Shown in pieces: positions 8,974-17,445 of a stretch of 64,000 bases of DNA. The notes below the pieces were generated by a model. That model did no database searches. It had not been told where the DNA came from and worked only from the letters and a program-made list of their open reading frames with translations. Numbering within the stretch: the first letter of the stretch is position 1; the number at the start of each line of letters is the position of its first letter. This DNA comes from a candidate division WOR-3 bacterium (GTDB taxonomy: Bacteria > Hydrothermota > Tepidihabitantia > Tepidihabitantales > Tepidihabitantaceae), in contig CBFGIT010000004.1 of assembly GCA_965648905.1 (NCBI GenBank), positions 1 through 64,000 of the forward strand. The letters are read 5' to 3'. Both the position numbers and the translations under genes were made by a program.

Positions 8974-10386
8974 TCAACTGGCCTGCCCACGGGTTGCTGA
9001 CTGCAGCAGTCTTGAGAGATGGACCTCAAAAGCCGGGTCCTTAGTCCGCAACTGCTCTATCTTGGCCAAGGCATGCATGACCGTCGTATGGTCCTTGCCG
9101 CCGAAATAGAAGCCAATTTCCTTCAGCGAAAGGCCGAGCCGCGTCCGCATGATATACATTGCTACCTGCCGGGCCAGAGCAACCCGCTTCGTGCGACGCT
9201 CGCTCGTGACGTCGTCAGGGCTGAGGCCGTATGCTCCGGCACACGCAGCGATAATCGCCTTGTGGTCCAGAGGTTCTTCCTCTCGGACAATGTCTTTCAG
9301 GGACTCGGAGGCCAAGTCCAAGGTGATTCGCCGGCTGGTAAGCGACGCCAGCGCCATGAGTCTGACAAGGGCAGCCTCGAGCTGGCGGATGCTCGTTTTG
9401 ACCCGTGTGGCGATGTAGCAGGCGATGTCATCCGGCAGCTCAACGTTGTCGGCAGCCGCCTTGTTCTTCAGGATGGCAATTCTCGTCTCGAGCTCGGGCT
9501 GCTGGATGTCTACGACCAGCCCGGAACCAAGACGCGACGTGAGCCGACTCTCGACCCCCACCAGCTCAATCGGCGGCCGGTCGCAGGTGAAAACGACCTG
9601 GCTGCCTGCGTCTCTGAGGCTGTTGAAGATGAAGAATACCTCATCCTGCAGTCGTTCCTTGCCCACCAGGTAGTGGACGTCGTCCAGAATCAGAACATCC
9701 AGCGCCCGGTACTTGTTCTTGAATTCCAGCCGGCAGTTCTTCTCGATTGCTTGGATGAACTCAATGAACAACGTCTCAGCCGCGGTGTAGTGTATCCTCG
9801 AACCGTTGCCAAGGCCAAGGATATGATTGCCGATCGCTTGGACAAGGTGGGTCTTGCCCAAACCGACGCCGCCATAGATGAAAAGCGGATTGTAACTGTT
9901 GCCGGGCTGCTCGGCAACGTTACGGGCCGCGGCCGCTGCCAGGCGGTTTGATTCGCCGACAACGAAAGACTCGAAGGTGTACCTGGCCTGAAGACGGACC
10001 CCGCCGGTTCTTAACTGGGGGCGTTCGCCGCGCGCACCGCGCGTGACCATGACCGTGGTGCTGCTCCCGTTGGCCGGCACAAAGGCAACGTCCACATCCT
10101 GACCTGTCAAGCGGGAAAGGACAGATCGAATTTCGCCGGCGTAGTGCTGCCCAAGCCATTCAGCGAAGAACGAATGAGGCACCTCTACCTCAAGCAGACC
10201 GTCATGCAGGGCGCGGCAGCGGGTCGGCGCAAGCCAGGTTGAGAAAGCCTCGGCGCCCACTTGGGTACGAAGGTGCTCAAGGACGCCTGACCAAACCGCC
10301 GGTCCATCGGAGAGGCTGTTCTGCGCATCATCCGCTGCCAGCTTGCCGCTGTGTATCAATAGAGAGCTGTTGTCAGGCGCACTCAT
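8974..10386 (-). CDS. dnaA: Chromosomal replication initiator DnaA
   Basis: YTFESFVVG, YNPLFIYGGVGLGKTHL and GGKDHTTVMHA. ATG 10386 preferred because the upstream in-frame extension overlaps DnaA boxes. Confidence 0.97.
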   Translation of the reverse strand: MSAPDNSSLLIHSGKLAADDAQNSLSDGPAVWSGVLEHLRTQVGAEAFSTWLAPTRCRALHDGLLEVEVPHSFFAEWLGQHYAGEIRSVLSRLTGQDVDVAFVPANGSSTTVMVTRGARGERPQLRTGGVRLQARYTFESFVVGESNRLAAAAARNVAEQPGNSYNPLFIYGGVGLGKTHLVQAIGNHILGLGNGSRIHYTAAETLFIEFIQAIEKNCRLEFKNKYRALDVLILDDVHYLVGKERLQDEVFFIFNSLRDAGSQVVFTCDRPPIELVGVESRLTSRLGSGLVVDIQQPELETRIAILKNKAAADNVELPDDIACYIATRVKTSIRQLEAALVRLMALASLTSRRITLDLASESLKDIVREEEPLDHKAIIAACAGAYGLSPDDVTSERRTKRVALARQVAMYIMRTRLGLSLKEIGFYFGGKDHTTVMHALAKIEQLRTKDPAFEVHLSRLLQSATRGQAS

Positions 10387-10409
10387 TCTTTCCACTGAAT
10401 TAACGCATG

Positions 10410-10430
10410 TTATCCACATTCTTATCAACA
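10410..10430. promoter_or_regulatory. DnaA boxes upstream of dnaA (autoregulation or bipartite origin)
   Basis: Perfect TTATCCACA at 10410-10418 and TTATCAACA at 10422-10430. Confidence 0.8.
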
Positions 10431-10549
10431 GGAGTGTCATGCACTTGCACGTGCACGACAAGCCCCGGTCGCCAACAAGCGACACGGACGCAGTTGGAAC
10501 TTTGGAGGTCTAACTGCCTGACGCGATAATAAGCAGGATTAAGGACAAG

Positions 10550-12823
10550 TCAAGACGGAAGCAGGCGAGAGGCTGCCATCACCGCCTGTCCGAAGCTCAG
10601 ACCGCCGTCATTTACTGGAACACGGCTCCCAACGACCGGACGCAGGCCGGAATGACGCAGTAGCGACACTACGCTTTCCCGCAGGATGGTGTTCTGAAAA
10701 GAACCTCCACACAGACAAACCGTCCTTACGCCGTGCTGCCGGCACAGCATTCGGGCGGCAGCGGCGAGCGCTCTGCTTACCACATCATGGAACCACGCGG
10801 CGACAGCCGCCGCGGATGTTCCAGCTCGCGTTTCACGTGAAACATGGAGCAGCAGCGGCCCTGGCAGAATCACCGCCGGTCTTGAAGACAGCAGAATCAG
10901 TTCGTGAACGTCGAAACCAGAGGGCCTGACCTTGCCCTTGGCCGTAGCTGCCGCCGCCTCGAGCGCAATCGCAGCATGTCCGTCAAAGGTCGCCTGTCGA
11001 CAAACCCCGGTGATTGCTGCCACGGCATCGAACAGCCGTCCCAGCGAGGAGCTGGCTACGCCGCCCGCAGCCTTGGACGGGTGCAGTGCCTGTCTGAGGT
11101 AATGGTCTGCTACCCTGACCGGGCTCGGCACGGCGTCCAACATGGCTGGCAGGCGCAGGTACCCGAGATGAGCCAGCCTGAACCACGACATGTCCGGGTT
11201 GAGCAGTATCAGCTCGCATCCCCAGATGGCTTGGTCCGTGCCGAAGCCGGTTCCATCGCAGGCGATTCCCAAGACCGGCTCAGCCAGCCCGTTCTCGGCC
11301 ACGGCCGCCGCGATGTGCGCAGCATGGTGCTGAACGCGTACGAGCGGCAGAGCCCGCTCGTGCGCCAGCCGTTCTGCCAGGCGGGTCGATTCGTAGTCCG
11401 GGTGAAGGTCGCAGGCGATGATCCGTGGCCGGATTCCGGTCCAGTTTTCGTAGCGCCGGAGGGCCTGCGCGAAAAAGTCCAGTGCGCGGCTCGATGAGAG
11501 GGTCCCGATGTGTGGGCTCAGGAAAGCACGGTCGCCGGCCGCAAGACAAAAACTGTTTTTCATGTCGCCCCCGACCGCGAGAACAGGGTGTTCCACGTGG
11601 AACGTCGAAGCCAGCCGCAACGGTTGAGGGACATAGCCACGCGAGCGGCGCACAACCACGGCTGTTCTACCGGGACAGGATACCACCGAGTCGTCGCAGG
11701 GGTTTGCGATCGGCCGGTTGTGACTGAGGCAGCAGTCGGGCCTAGTTGATGGGGTCGAGAAGAGGCCGTGCTCGGTGACGTGGATCGGTTCGTCTTTGGG
11801 GTTGGCGCTTGTCGCCACCAGGATACAGGGGCTGCCGGAGATGAGCTTTATCTGGCTGAAGAGCAGCTTGTGAAGGGGTGAGTATGGAAGCATAATGCCC
11901 AGGTAGTGGTTCGACGGTGCTATCAGCGTTGAAACACGCAGCTTGGGACTTGCGAGCTTCGGCATAAGCACGACCGGCGCAGCCGAAGACCGAAGCAGCC
12001 GCGCGGCCGCTTTGCTCACCCTGCAAAGCTTGCGGGCAGTTTCAACCGTGTCGCACATCAAGGCAAGCGGCTTGTGTCGGCGTCCCTTCAGTCGTCTCAG
12101 TCTGCCGACTGCCCGGTCGTCGGAGGCGTTGCAGCAGAGTTGAAAGCCGCCAATGCTCTTTAGTGCAACGACCCGGCCGCTCAGGATAGCGCGGGCAGCT
12201 TCCGGTAGAGGGTCGCGGTTCACGGGCTGGCCTCGTCGGTCGAGCAGGGTCAGACTCGGACCGCACACTGGACACGCGTTGGGTTGGGCATGGAACCGCC
12301 GGTCGTCGGGGTTGTTGTATTCGCGCCGGCATTCGTCGCACATCGTGAAGCTCCGCATAGTAGTCCGCTCCCGGTCATAGGGAATGCCCTCGACAATGCT
12401 GTACCTTGGGCCGCACTCCGTGCAGTTGGTGAAAGCATAGCCGAAGCGGCGGTTGTTGGGCTGCGATATGTCAGCCGCGCACTCTTGGCAGGTCGCAATG
12501 TCGGGCGTGACGTCGACGCCGGGCCCTTCCCCTGTGCTGCTCGGCCGTATCGTAAATTCAGAGTAACGCGGCAGAAACGACCGGGCAAACGAGATGTTTG
12601 CAATCCGGGCAGCTTTGGGTGGGCGCAGACGGACCAGTTTCAATAGTCGTGCTGAGTTGCGACCCTGCGCCACGATAGTTACCCCTTGGTCCGAATTTGC
12701 TACGTAGCCGCGAACGCCAAGGCGGACAGCAAGTCTGTAGACAAAAGGCCTGAACCCGACGCCCTGAACTTGGCCGGAGACTACCGCGGTAACTGTGCCG
12801 ACGCGACTCGGAGTACGCGGCAG
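10550..12823 (-). CDS. hypF: Carbamoyltransferase HypF (start uncertain, probably non-canonical)
   Basis: Acylphosphatase-like GQVQGVGFRPFVYRLA upstream of the ORF-track start; zinc fingers CQEC/CTECGPRY/CDEC/CPVCGP; RRSRGYVP, CDLHPDY, QHHAAH, DGTGFG and PVNDGGLSFGQ. Confidence 0.9.
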   Translation of the reverse strand: MPRTPSRVGTVTAVVSGQVQGVGFRPFVYRLAVRLGVRGYVANSDQGVTIVAQGRNSARLLKLVRLRPPKAARIANISFARSFLPRYSEFTIRPSSTGEGPGVDVTPDIATCQECAADISQPNNRRFGYAFTNCTECGPRYSIVEGIPYDRERTTMRSFTMCDECRREYNNPDDRRFHAQPNACPVCGPSLTLLDRRGQPVNRDPLPEAARAILSGRVVALKSIGGFQLCCNASDDRAVGRLRRLKGRRHKPLALMCDTVETARKLCRVSKAAARLLRSSAAPVVLMPKLASPKLRVSTLIAPSNHYLGIMLPYSPLHKLLFSQIKLISGSPCILVATSANPKDEPIHVTEHGLFSTPSTRPDCCLSHNRPIANPCDDSVVSCPGRTAVVVRRSRGYVPQPLRLASTFHVEHPVLAVGGDMKNSFCLAAGDRAFLSPHIGTLSSSRALDFFAQALRRYENWTGIRPRIIACDLHPDYESTRLAERLAHERALPLVRVQHHAAHIAAAVAENGLAEPVLGIACDGTGFGTDQAIWGCELILLNPDMSWFRLAHLGYLRLPAMLDAVPSPVRVADHYLRQALHPSKAAGGVASSSLGRLFDAVAAITGVCRQATFDGHAAIALEAAAATAKGKVRPSGFDVHELILLSSRPAVILPGPLLLHVSRETRAGTSAAAVAAWFHDVVSRALAAAARMLCRQHGVRTVCLCGGSFQNTILRESVVSLLRHSGLRPVVGSRVPVNDGGLSFGQAVMAASRLLPS
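10829..10844. promoter_or_regulatory. parS site (ParB binding), inside hypF
   Basis: CGTTTCACGTGAAACA, 15/16 match to the palindrome TGTTTCACGTGAAACA. Confidence 0.85.
11589..11604. promoter_or_regulatory. parS site (ParB binding), inside hypF
   Basis: TGTTCCACGTGGAACG, 15/16 match to the palindrome TGTTCCACGTGGAACA. Confidence 0.85.
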
Positions 12824-12850
12824 CGATCTAAGTCCAGTTTTTATATATAC

Positions 12851-14032
12851 TTACTGGTTAGGACGGTGTGTTTCTGTGCCGGTTGTTGGCTCCATGCCCT
12901 CGGGTTTGACTACCGGTTCAATCAATTCCGATTCGTCTTCGGGCAGTTCCAGAATGTTCTTCTCGTCCTTTTTCTGCGCGAGCACAGCATAGGTCAGGGT
13001 CGTTCCGCAGAACCATACTGAAAGCCCGAAGCCGACAACCATGAGCGCAACAAGATAGAAACACGCGCCCAGAAGAAGCGCGGCGACATCCACGCTCCAG
13101 CTTATCGGTAGATAGTCGCCTGGCAGGTAGACTTGAGAGAGCCCGTACAGGTTCACATTGGCCAAGAAGAGCTCGTGCAGCGGAGCTGGGCACCACTCAG
13201 GCAGGCGGACTTTGAAGTAGAACGAGGCGTTGCTCATGATGTCCTGAATCTTGGTGTGCATGAACAGCCCCAGGATGCCGTAGCCGACACGACCTGCCGC
13301 GCTGGCGGCAAGCCCCAACAGGAACGAACCGAGCTTGGCTAGGACAGCAACTGTGGCCGTGTACCACACGAGCCGACCCGGTTGTTCGTTGACGCAGGAG
13401 AAAACCTCGAACAGCGTGTCGAACGTGTCGCTGCGCGTTGTCCCGACAACGCTGGGCGTGAACAGGAGACATGCGAGCAGTACAATCAGGAGGTAGACAA
13501 TGAAGAGCGAGGCGATGAATGCGACCGGCGACATCAGGCCGACGACAATCTCGCCCGCGGCCGGGATGGCGCCCAACGCGGACAGCACCAGACCGCCGGT
13601 TGCGATGAGCCCGATGAACGCGACTATCAATAACGGGCTGAAGATGATTGACCGGCCATGACGGAACGCGAACCGGAACGCCTCCCTGGACTCGTAGAAC
13701 TCGTCGCCCCGGAGTTGCTCATAGCAGACCTTGGAAACAGCGGTTCCACTCAGCATCAGAGCGCAGAGGAGAAAGAGTACGCCGACCAGGTAGACCGCCC
13801 ATGAGTACCAAGGGAAGGGGTAGTCTACCGGCAGCGGGAACGGCAGCAGGCGGAATGACTGCCAGACCGTCAGCAGGTCGGCGCCAGCAACAAGATACGC
13901 AAGATAGGTGAGCAGTGCATATCCGGCAAGACCGACCAGCAGGCCGAGTGACATTACCCAGATCTTCTTTGCCGAGAACCCTAGGCGCAGAGCACGGAAC
14001 AAGTCTTTATACCCGAAGTGCAGTTTGTTCAT
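12851..14032 (-). CDS. Hypothetical polytopic membrane protein
   Basis: 393 aa with several hydrophobic segments; SD GAGGAGG upstream. Confidence 0.8.
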   Translation of the reverse strand: MNKLHFGYKDLFRALRLGFSAKKIWVMSLGLLVGLAGYALLTYLAYLVAGADLLTVWQSFRLLPFPLPVDYPFPWYSWAVYLVGVLFLLCALMLSGTAVSKVCYEQLRGDEFYESREAFRFAFRHGRSIIFSPLLIVAFIGLIATGGLVLSALGAIPAAGEIVVGLMSPVAFIASLFIVYLLIVLLACLLFTPSVVGTTRSDTFDTLFEVFSCVNEQPGRLVWYTATVAVLAKLGSFLLGLAASAAGRVGYGILGLFMHTKIQDIMSNASFYFKVRLPEWCPAPLHELFLANVNLYGLSQVYLPGDYLPISWSVDVAALLLGACFYLVALMVVGFGLSVWFCGTTLTYAVLAQKKDEKNILELPEDESELIEPVVKPEGMEPTTGTETHRPNQ

Positions 14033-14081
14033 AACAGGCCTCCTCTTTCCAGTGGCGCAGGGCGAAAGGGTATCATCGTGC

Positions 14082-14210
14082 CTATCGATTCAGGATACGC
14101 AGAAACAGCAGCACCGCGAACAACAGCAGTGCCAGTGCAGCCAGCAGCACAAACCGCAGCCTCAGGTTGTAGTGGCGCACGGGGAAGTAGCGGGGGCGGA
14201 ACTGAATCAT
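14082..14210 (-). CDS. Putative small single-TM protein (42 aa)
   Basis: MIQFRPRYFPVRHYNLRLRFVLLAALALLLFAVLLFLRILNR*; its ATG overlaps the uORF stop (ATGA). Confidence 0.5.
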   Translation of the reverse strand: MIQFRPRYFPVRHYNLRLRFVLLAALALLLFAVLLFLRILNR

Positions 14211-14296
14211 CGCGCACGGCGGTGAAGACCGAGAAGCACTGGGCAGCGCTGGAGCACACCCAGCATCAGGCAGCGGCCGCAGACTGCATCCAGCAT
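14207..14296 (-). CDS. Putative leaderless uORF (29 aa)
   Basis: ATG 6 nt after the -10 element; MLDAVCGRCLMLGVLQRCPVLLGLHRRAR*; TGA overlaps the next ATG. Confidence 0.4.
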   Translation of the reverse strand: MLDAVCGRCLMLGVLQRCPVLLGLHRRAR

Positions 14297-14302
14297 GATA
14301 GA

Positions 14303-14330
14303 ATCGTAGCCTGCCCGAGCCTTTTGTCAA
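14303..14330 (-). promoter_or_regulatory. sigma70-like promoter
   Basis: TTGACA-N16-TACGAT. Confidence 0.7.
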
Positions 14331-14344
14331 TACCCGCTCCCGGC

Positions 14345-15706
14345 TCAGTCTTCGTCGAGCATGCCGGTGGTGACTTTGCCTTTCCGGAAACCCGGGTTGC
14401 GCAGCAGGCGACGCAGGAAGCCGATGGTTGTCGGAACGCCGTCGACTCTCGTCTCAGCTAGCGCCCGTTCCATACGGGCAATAGCCAGTTCGCGATTGGG
14501 TGCCCAGGCGATGATTTTGGCGACCAGCGGGTCATAGAATGACGGGATGTCGCAACGCGGCGTCAACGCGGAGTCTACCCTGACACCCGGTCCGGCTGGT
14601 AACAGGACATCATGAACGTACCCGGACGTCGGACGAAAGTCCGCGTCCGGGTCCTCGGCGTAGACCCGGCATTCGATGGCGTGGCCGCGCAGCGTGCCAG
14701 CGGTGTCGACGAGCGACAGCGGCAGGCCTCCGGCGATTCTTACTTGCTCTTGGACGATATCAACACCGGTTACCATTTCCGTCACCGGGTGCTCGACCTG
14801 CAATCGAGCGTTCATCTCCATGAAGTAGCAGTCTCCCTCGGGCGAACAGATGAACTCGACCGTGCCCGCGCCTTCATAGGCCGCTGCCCGTGCCGCGGCT
14901 ACGGCCCAGCCGCCGAGCAGACGGCGTGTCTCGGGTGGTAGGCCCGGCGCCGGGCTTTCTTCAAGGAGTTTCTGGTGCCGGCGCTGGGCCGAGCAGTCGC
15001 GTTCGCCCAGATGGACCACAGTTCCTTTCCGGTCCGCAAGAACCTGGACTTCGATGTGACGCGCTTGACGCAGGTACTTCTCGACGTACACGCGCTCGTC
15101 CTCAAAAGAGCGGCGGGCTTCAGCCTGGCACAGCCTGATACCGGCTTCAAGTTCGTCTTCGCTGCGGATAACGCGCATGCCCTTGCCGCCGCCGCCCGCT
15201 GCTGCCTTGACGAGGACCGGAAAGCCGAGGTCGCGGCACAAAGAAGCCACCTGGCGTAGTTCGGAAAGCGGACCTTCTGACCCAGGTACGACCGGAACAC
15301 CGGCCTGCTTCATTCGACCGCGGGCCGCGATCTTGTCGCCGAGCAAGCGCATGGTCGCGGCGGATGGCCCGATGAAAGAGATTCCTGACGAAACAACCGC
15401 ATCGGCAAAATCGGGATTCTCGGAAAGAAAGCCGTAGCCCGGATGCACCGCCTGGGCGCCGGTGACGCTTGCCGCGGACAGAATGCGTGCCGCGTTAAGG
15501 TAGCTCTGCCGAGCCGGCCCCGGGCCGATACAGACCGCCTCATCCGCGGCCTGTACAGGAAGTGTATCGCGGTCTGCATCCGAGTAGACTTGGACGCTGG
15601 CGATGCCCATTTCGCGCAGGGCGCGAATCACGCGCAGCGCGATCTCACCACGGTTGGCGACCAGGACCTTGGAGAACAGACTACGTTTGAGTTCAGGGCG
15701 TCTCAT
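14345..15706 (-). CDS. accC: Biotin carboxylase (acetyl-CoA carboxylase subunit)
   Basis: KVLVANRGEIA, HPGYGFLSEN, GGGGKGMR, EMNARLQVEHPVTE; start 15706 inferred from the promoter position. Confidence 0.93.
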   Translation of the reverse strand: MRRPELKRSLFSKVLVANRGEIALRVIRALREMGIASVQVYSDADRDTLPVQAADEAVCIGPGPARQSYLNAARILSAASVTGAQAVHPGYGFLSENPDFADAVVSSGISFIGPSAATMRLLGDKIAARGRMKQAGVPVVPGSEGPLSELRQVASLCRDLGFPVLVKAAAGGGGKGMRVIRSEDELEAGIRLCQAEARRSFEDERVYVEKYLRQARHIEVQVLADRKGTVVHLGERDCSAQRRHQKLLEESPAPGLPPETRRLLGGWAVAAARAAAYEGAGTVEFICSPEGDCYFMEMNARLQVEHPVTEMVTGVDIVQEQVRIAGGLPLSLVDTAGTLRGHAIECRVYAEDPDADFRPTSGYVHDVLLPAGPGVRVDSALTPRCDIPSFYDPLVAKIIAWAPNRELAIARMERALAETRVDGVPTTIGFLRRLLRNPGFRKGKVTTGMLDED

Positions 15707-15738
15707 GCCAGAATGGTCCGACAGCATCGGCGAACCAT
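15703..15738 (-). CDS. Putative leaderless uORF (11 aa) coupled to accC
   Basis: ATG 6 nt after the -10 element; MVRRCCRTILA*; TGA overlaps the accC ATG (ATGA). Confidence 0.4.
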   Translation of the reverse strand: MVRRCCRTILA

Positions 15739-15744
15739 CGGGAC

Positions 15745-15809
15745 AACATACCATGGCGAGAAGCGTCCGTCAAGCGTCCGGTTGACGCCGACGGGTGCAG
15801 GTGTAGAAT
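15745..15809. promoter_or_regulatory. Back-to-back divergent sigma70-like promoters (accC / nitroreductase)
   Basis: Minus TTGACG(15773)-N17-TATGTT with TG extension; plus TTGACG(15782)-N16-TAGAAT. Confidence 0.7.
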
Positions 15810-15862
15810 CTGGCCGCTGTGTCGGTCCCGTCTGTGTCTGAGTCCGACCCGTCAGGCGTCAC

Positions 15863-16435
15863 ATGGTGAACGGCGACGGCGGGTTCTTCGGGCTTTGTCT
15901 CAAGCGGCGGTCGGTGCGCCGTTTCCGCAGGCTGCCGGTTGAGCGGGCGAAACTGGAACGGTGTCTTGAGGCAGCACGACTTGCCCCGTCCGCCGAGAAC
16001 CAGCAACCGTGGCGGTTTGTTGTCTTCGACGACCCGGCCGAAAAGGAGCGACTTGCCCGGGCCGTCTTCCGCGGCATCTATGCGGTTTCGGCCCGGTTCG
16101 AAGATGCCCCGGCGCTGGTTGGCCTTCTGATCCGGGAAAACGTGGCTGTCAACCGCCTCGCGGCCATCGGCCAAGGCGTGCCCTACCAGTTTGTCGACGC
16201 CGGGATTGCCGGCGAGCACTTCGTGCTGGCTGCGGCCGAGCAGGGGATCGGTACATGCTGGATTGGCTGGTTCGACACCCGCGCATTGGTGCGCCACCTG
16301 AAGCTGCAGGGTAAGGGCTTCAGACCGGTCGCCCTGATTGCAGTCGGCTACCCCGCCGACGATGCCGGCAGGTCGGAACGGAAGCGACGCGCGCTGGCCG
16401 ACATCGCCTTCTGGAACAGCCCGCCCGACCGCTAG
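15863..16435 (+). CDS. Nitroreductase family protein
   Basis: RRSVRRF, APSAENQQPWRF, GIGTCWIGWF, IAVGYP. Confidence 0.92.
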   Translation: MVNGDGGFFGLCLKRRSVRRFRRLPVERAKLERCLEAARLAPSAENQQPWRFVVFDDPAEKERLARAVFRGIYAVSARFEDAPALVGLLIRENVAVNRLAAIGQGVPYQFVDAGIAGEHFVLAAAEQGIGTCWIGWFDTRALVRHLKLQGKGFRPVALIAVGYPADDAGRSERKRRALADIAFWNSPPDR

Positions 16436-16612
16436 CCTCGGCAGGGCGCGGTCGGCCGGATTTCTGCCGTGGCGTCGCTTGTCGATTGACGCAAGTGAGT
16501 CAAGTCAGGCACGGCGGCGGGCCGGACTGCTGTCCACGGACGAACTTGCAGCCGGCGCCGTTTTCCGGTATCATAATCTTGACCGCAACGCCGGATTAGG
16601 GAAGGAGTAAGC

Positions 16613-17017
16613 TTGCACGACCTGCTTAGACGATTGTCTACCGAACACGCCGAACTGCAGCAGGCGCTGGCCGGCATCAGGCCGCGTCAATTCCGCACCG
16701 AGGAAGGCAGGGACCGCTTGGAGCGGGTCCGCAACCTGTTCCGAAGCCACGTTCACACGGAAGAGGAGCAGCTCTACCCGCCGCTCGAGCGGGCGGCCCG
16801 CACTGACGCCCGGCTGGCCGGGCAGCTCCAGCGCCTGACCGACGACCTGCGCATCGTCACCAGCCTTGCTGAAGACTTCTTCTCCAAGTACGAACAAGGC
16901 GAGCCTCGGCTGGTCGAGTTCGCCACAGACCACGGCGCGCTCCTGACGATTCTGAGAATCCGGCTCAAGCGTGAAGAGGAGACCGTCTTTCCGTTGTTCG
17001 ATCGCATCATGAACTGA
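16613..17017 (+). CDS. Hemerythrin/HHE cation-binding domain protein
   Basis: LSTEHxxL, SHVHTEEEQLYP and REEETVFP helical pattern; SD GAAGGAG before the TTG. Confidence 0.75.
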   Translation: MHDLLRRLSTEHAELQQALAGIRPRQFRTEEGRDRLERVRNLFRSHVHTEEEQLYPPLERAARTDARLAGQLQRLTDDLRIVTSLAEDFFSKYEQGEPRLVEFATDHGALLTILRIRLKREEETVFPLFDRIMN

Positions 17018-17064
17018 CAGAGCCACAGGGCCGGCCCGAGTTGGAGCTTGACGCGGCTACCGGC

Positions 17065-17424
17065 TTACAGGAGTTCTTCGTCTTCCGACCGCCACGCGGG
17101 GTCGACGATGCAGGCAAACACAATCGGATCGACGCCGGCATTCTCAAGCCACTGAACGGCCCCAGGCGGGACATAGACGGCATCGCCAGCCGAGACCTGC
17201 GCGCGGTCGTCGCCGACGTACATCGTGCCTCGGCCGCACAAGAAGTAGTAGACTTCGGTTGCCTTCAGCCGGTGGGGACGTGATCGGTCGCCCGGCGCGA
17301 GCCGGGCGACAGCCAGCGAGTAGTGGATGGCAGCCGGGTCGCGCGCTGGATGCAGGAGCTCGCGCAAGCGCGATCCGTCGCCCGCAACCAGCTCATGACT
17401 CTCGGCCAGGCGTCGGACCAGCAT
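17065..17424 (-). CDS. Cupin-domain protein
   Basis: PHRLKATEVYYFLCGRG and GDAVYVPPG cupin motifs. Confidence 0.88.
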   Translation of the reverse strand: MLVRRLAESHELVAGDGSRLRELLHPARDPAAIHYSLAVARLAPGDRSRPHRLKATEVYYFLCGRGTMYVGDDRAQVSAGDAVYVPPGAVQWLENAGVDPIVFACIVDPAWRSEDEELL

Positions 17425-17445
17425 TCTTTCTGATACCTCGCTACC

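Noticed and set aside
10387..10485. N-terminal extension of DnaA in the ORF track
   Set aside because: It translates DnaA boxes (e.g. MWIT) and is probably untranslated regulatory DNA.
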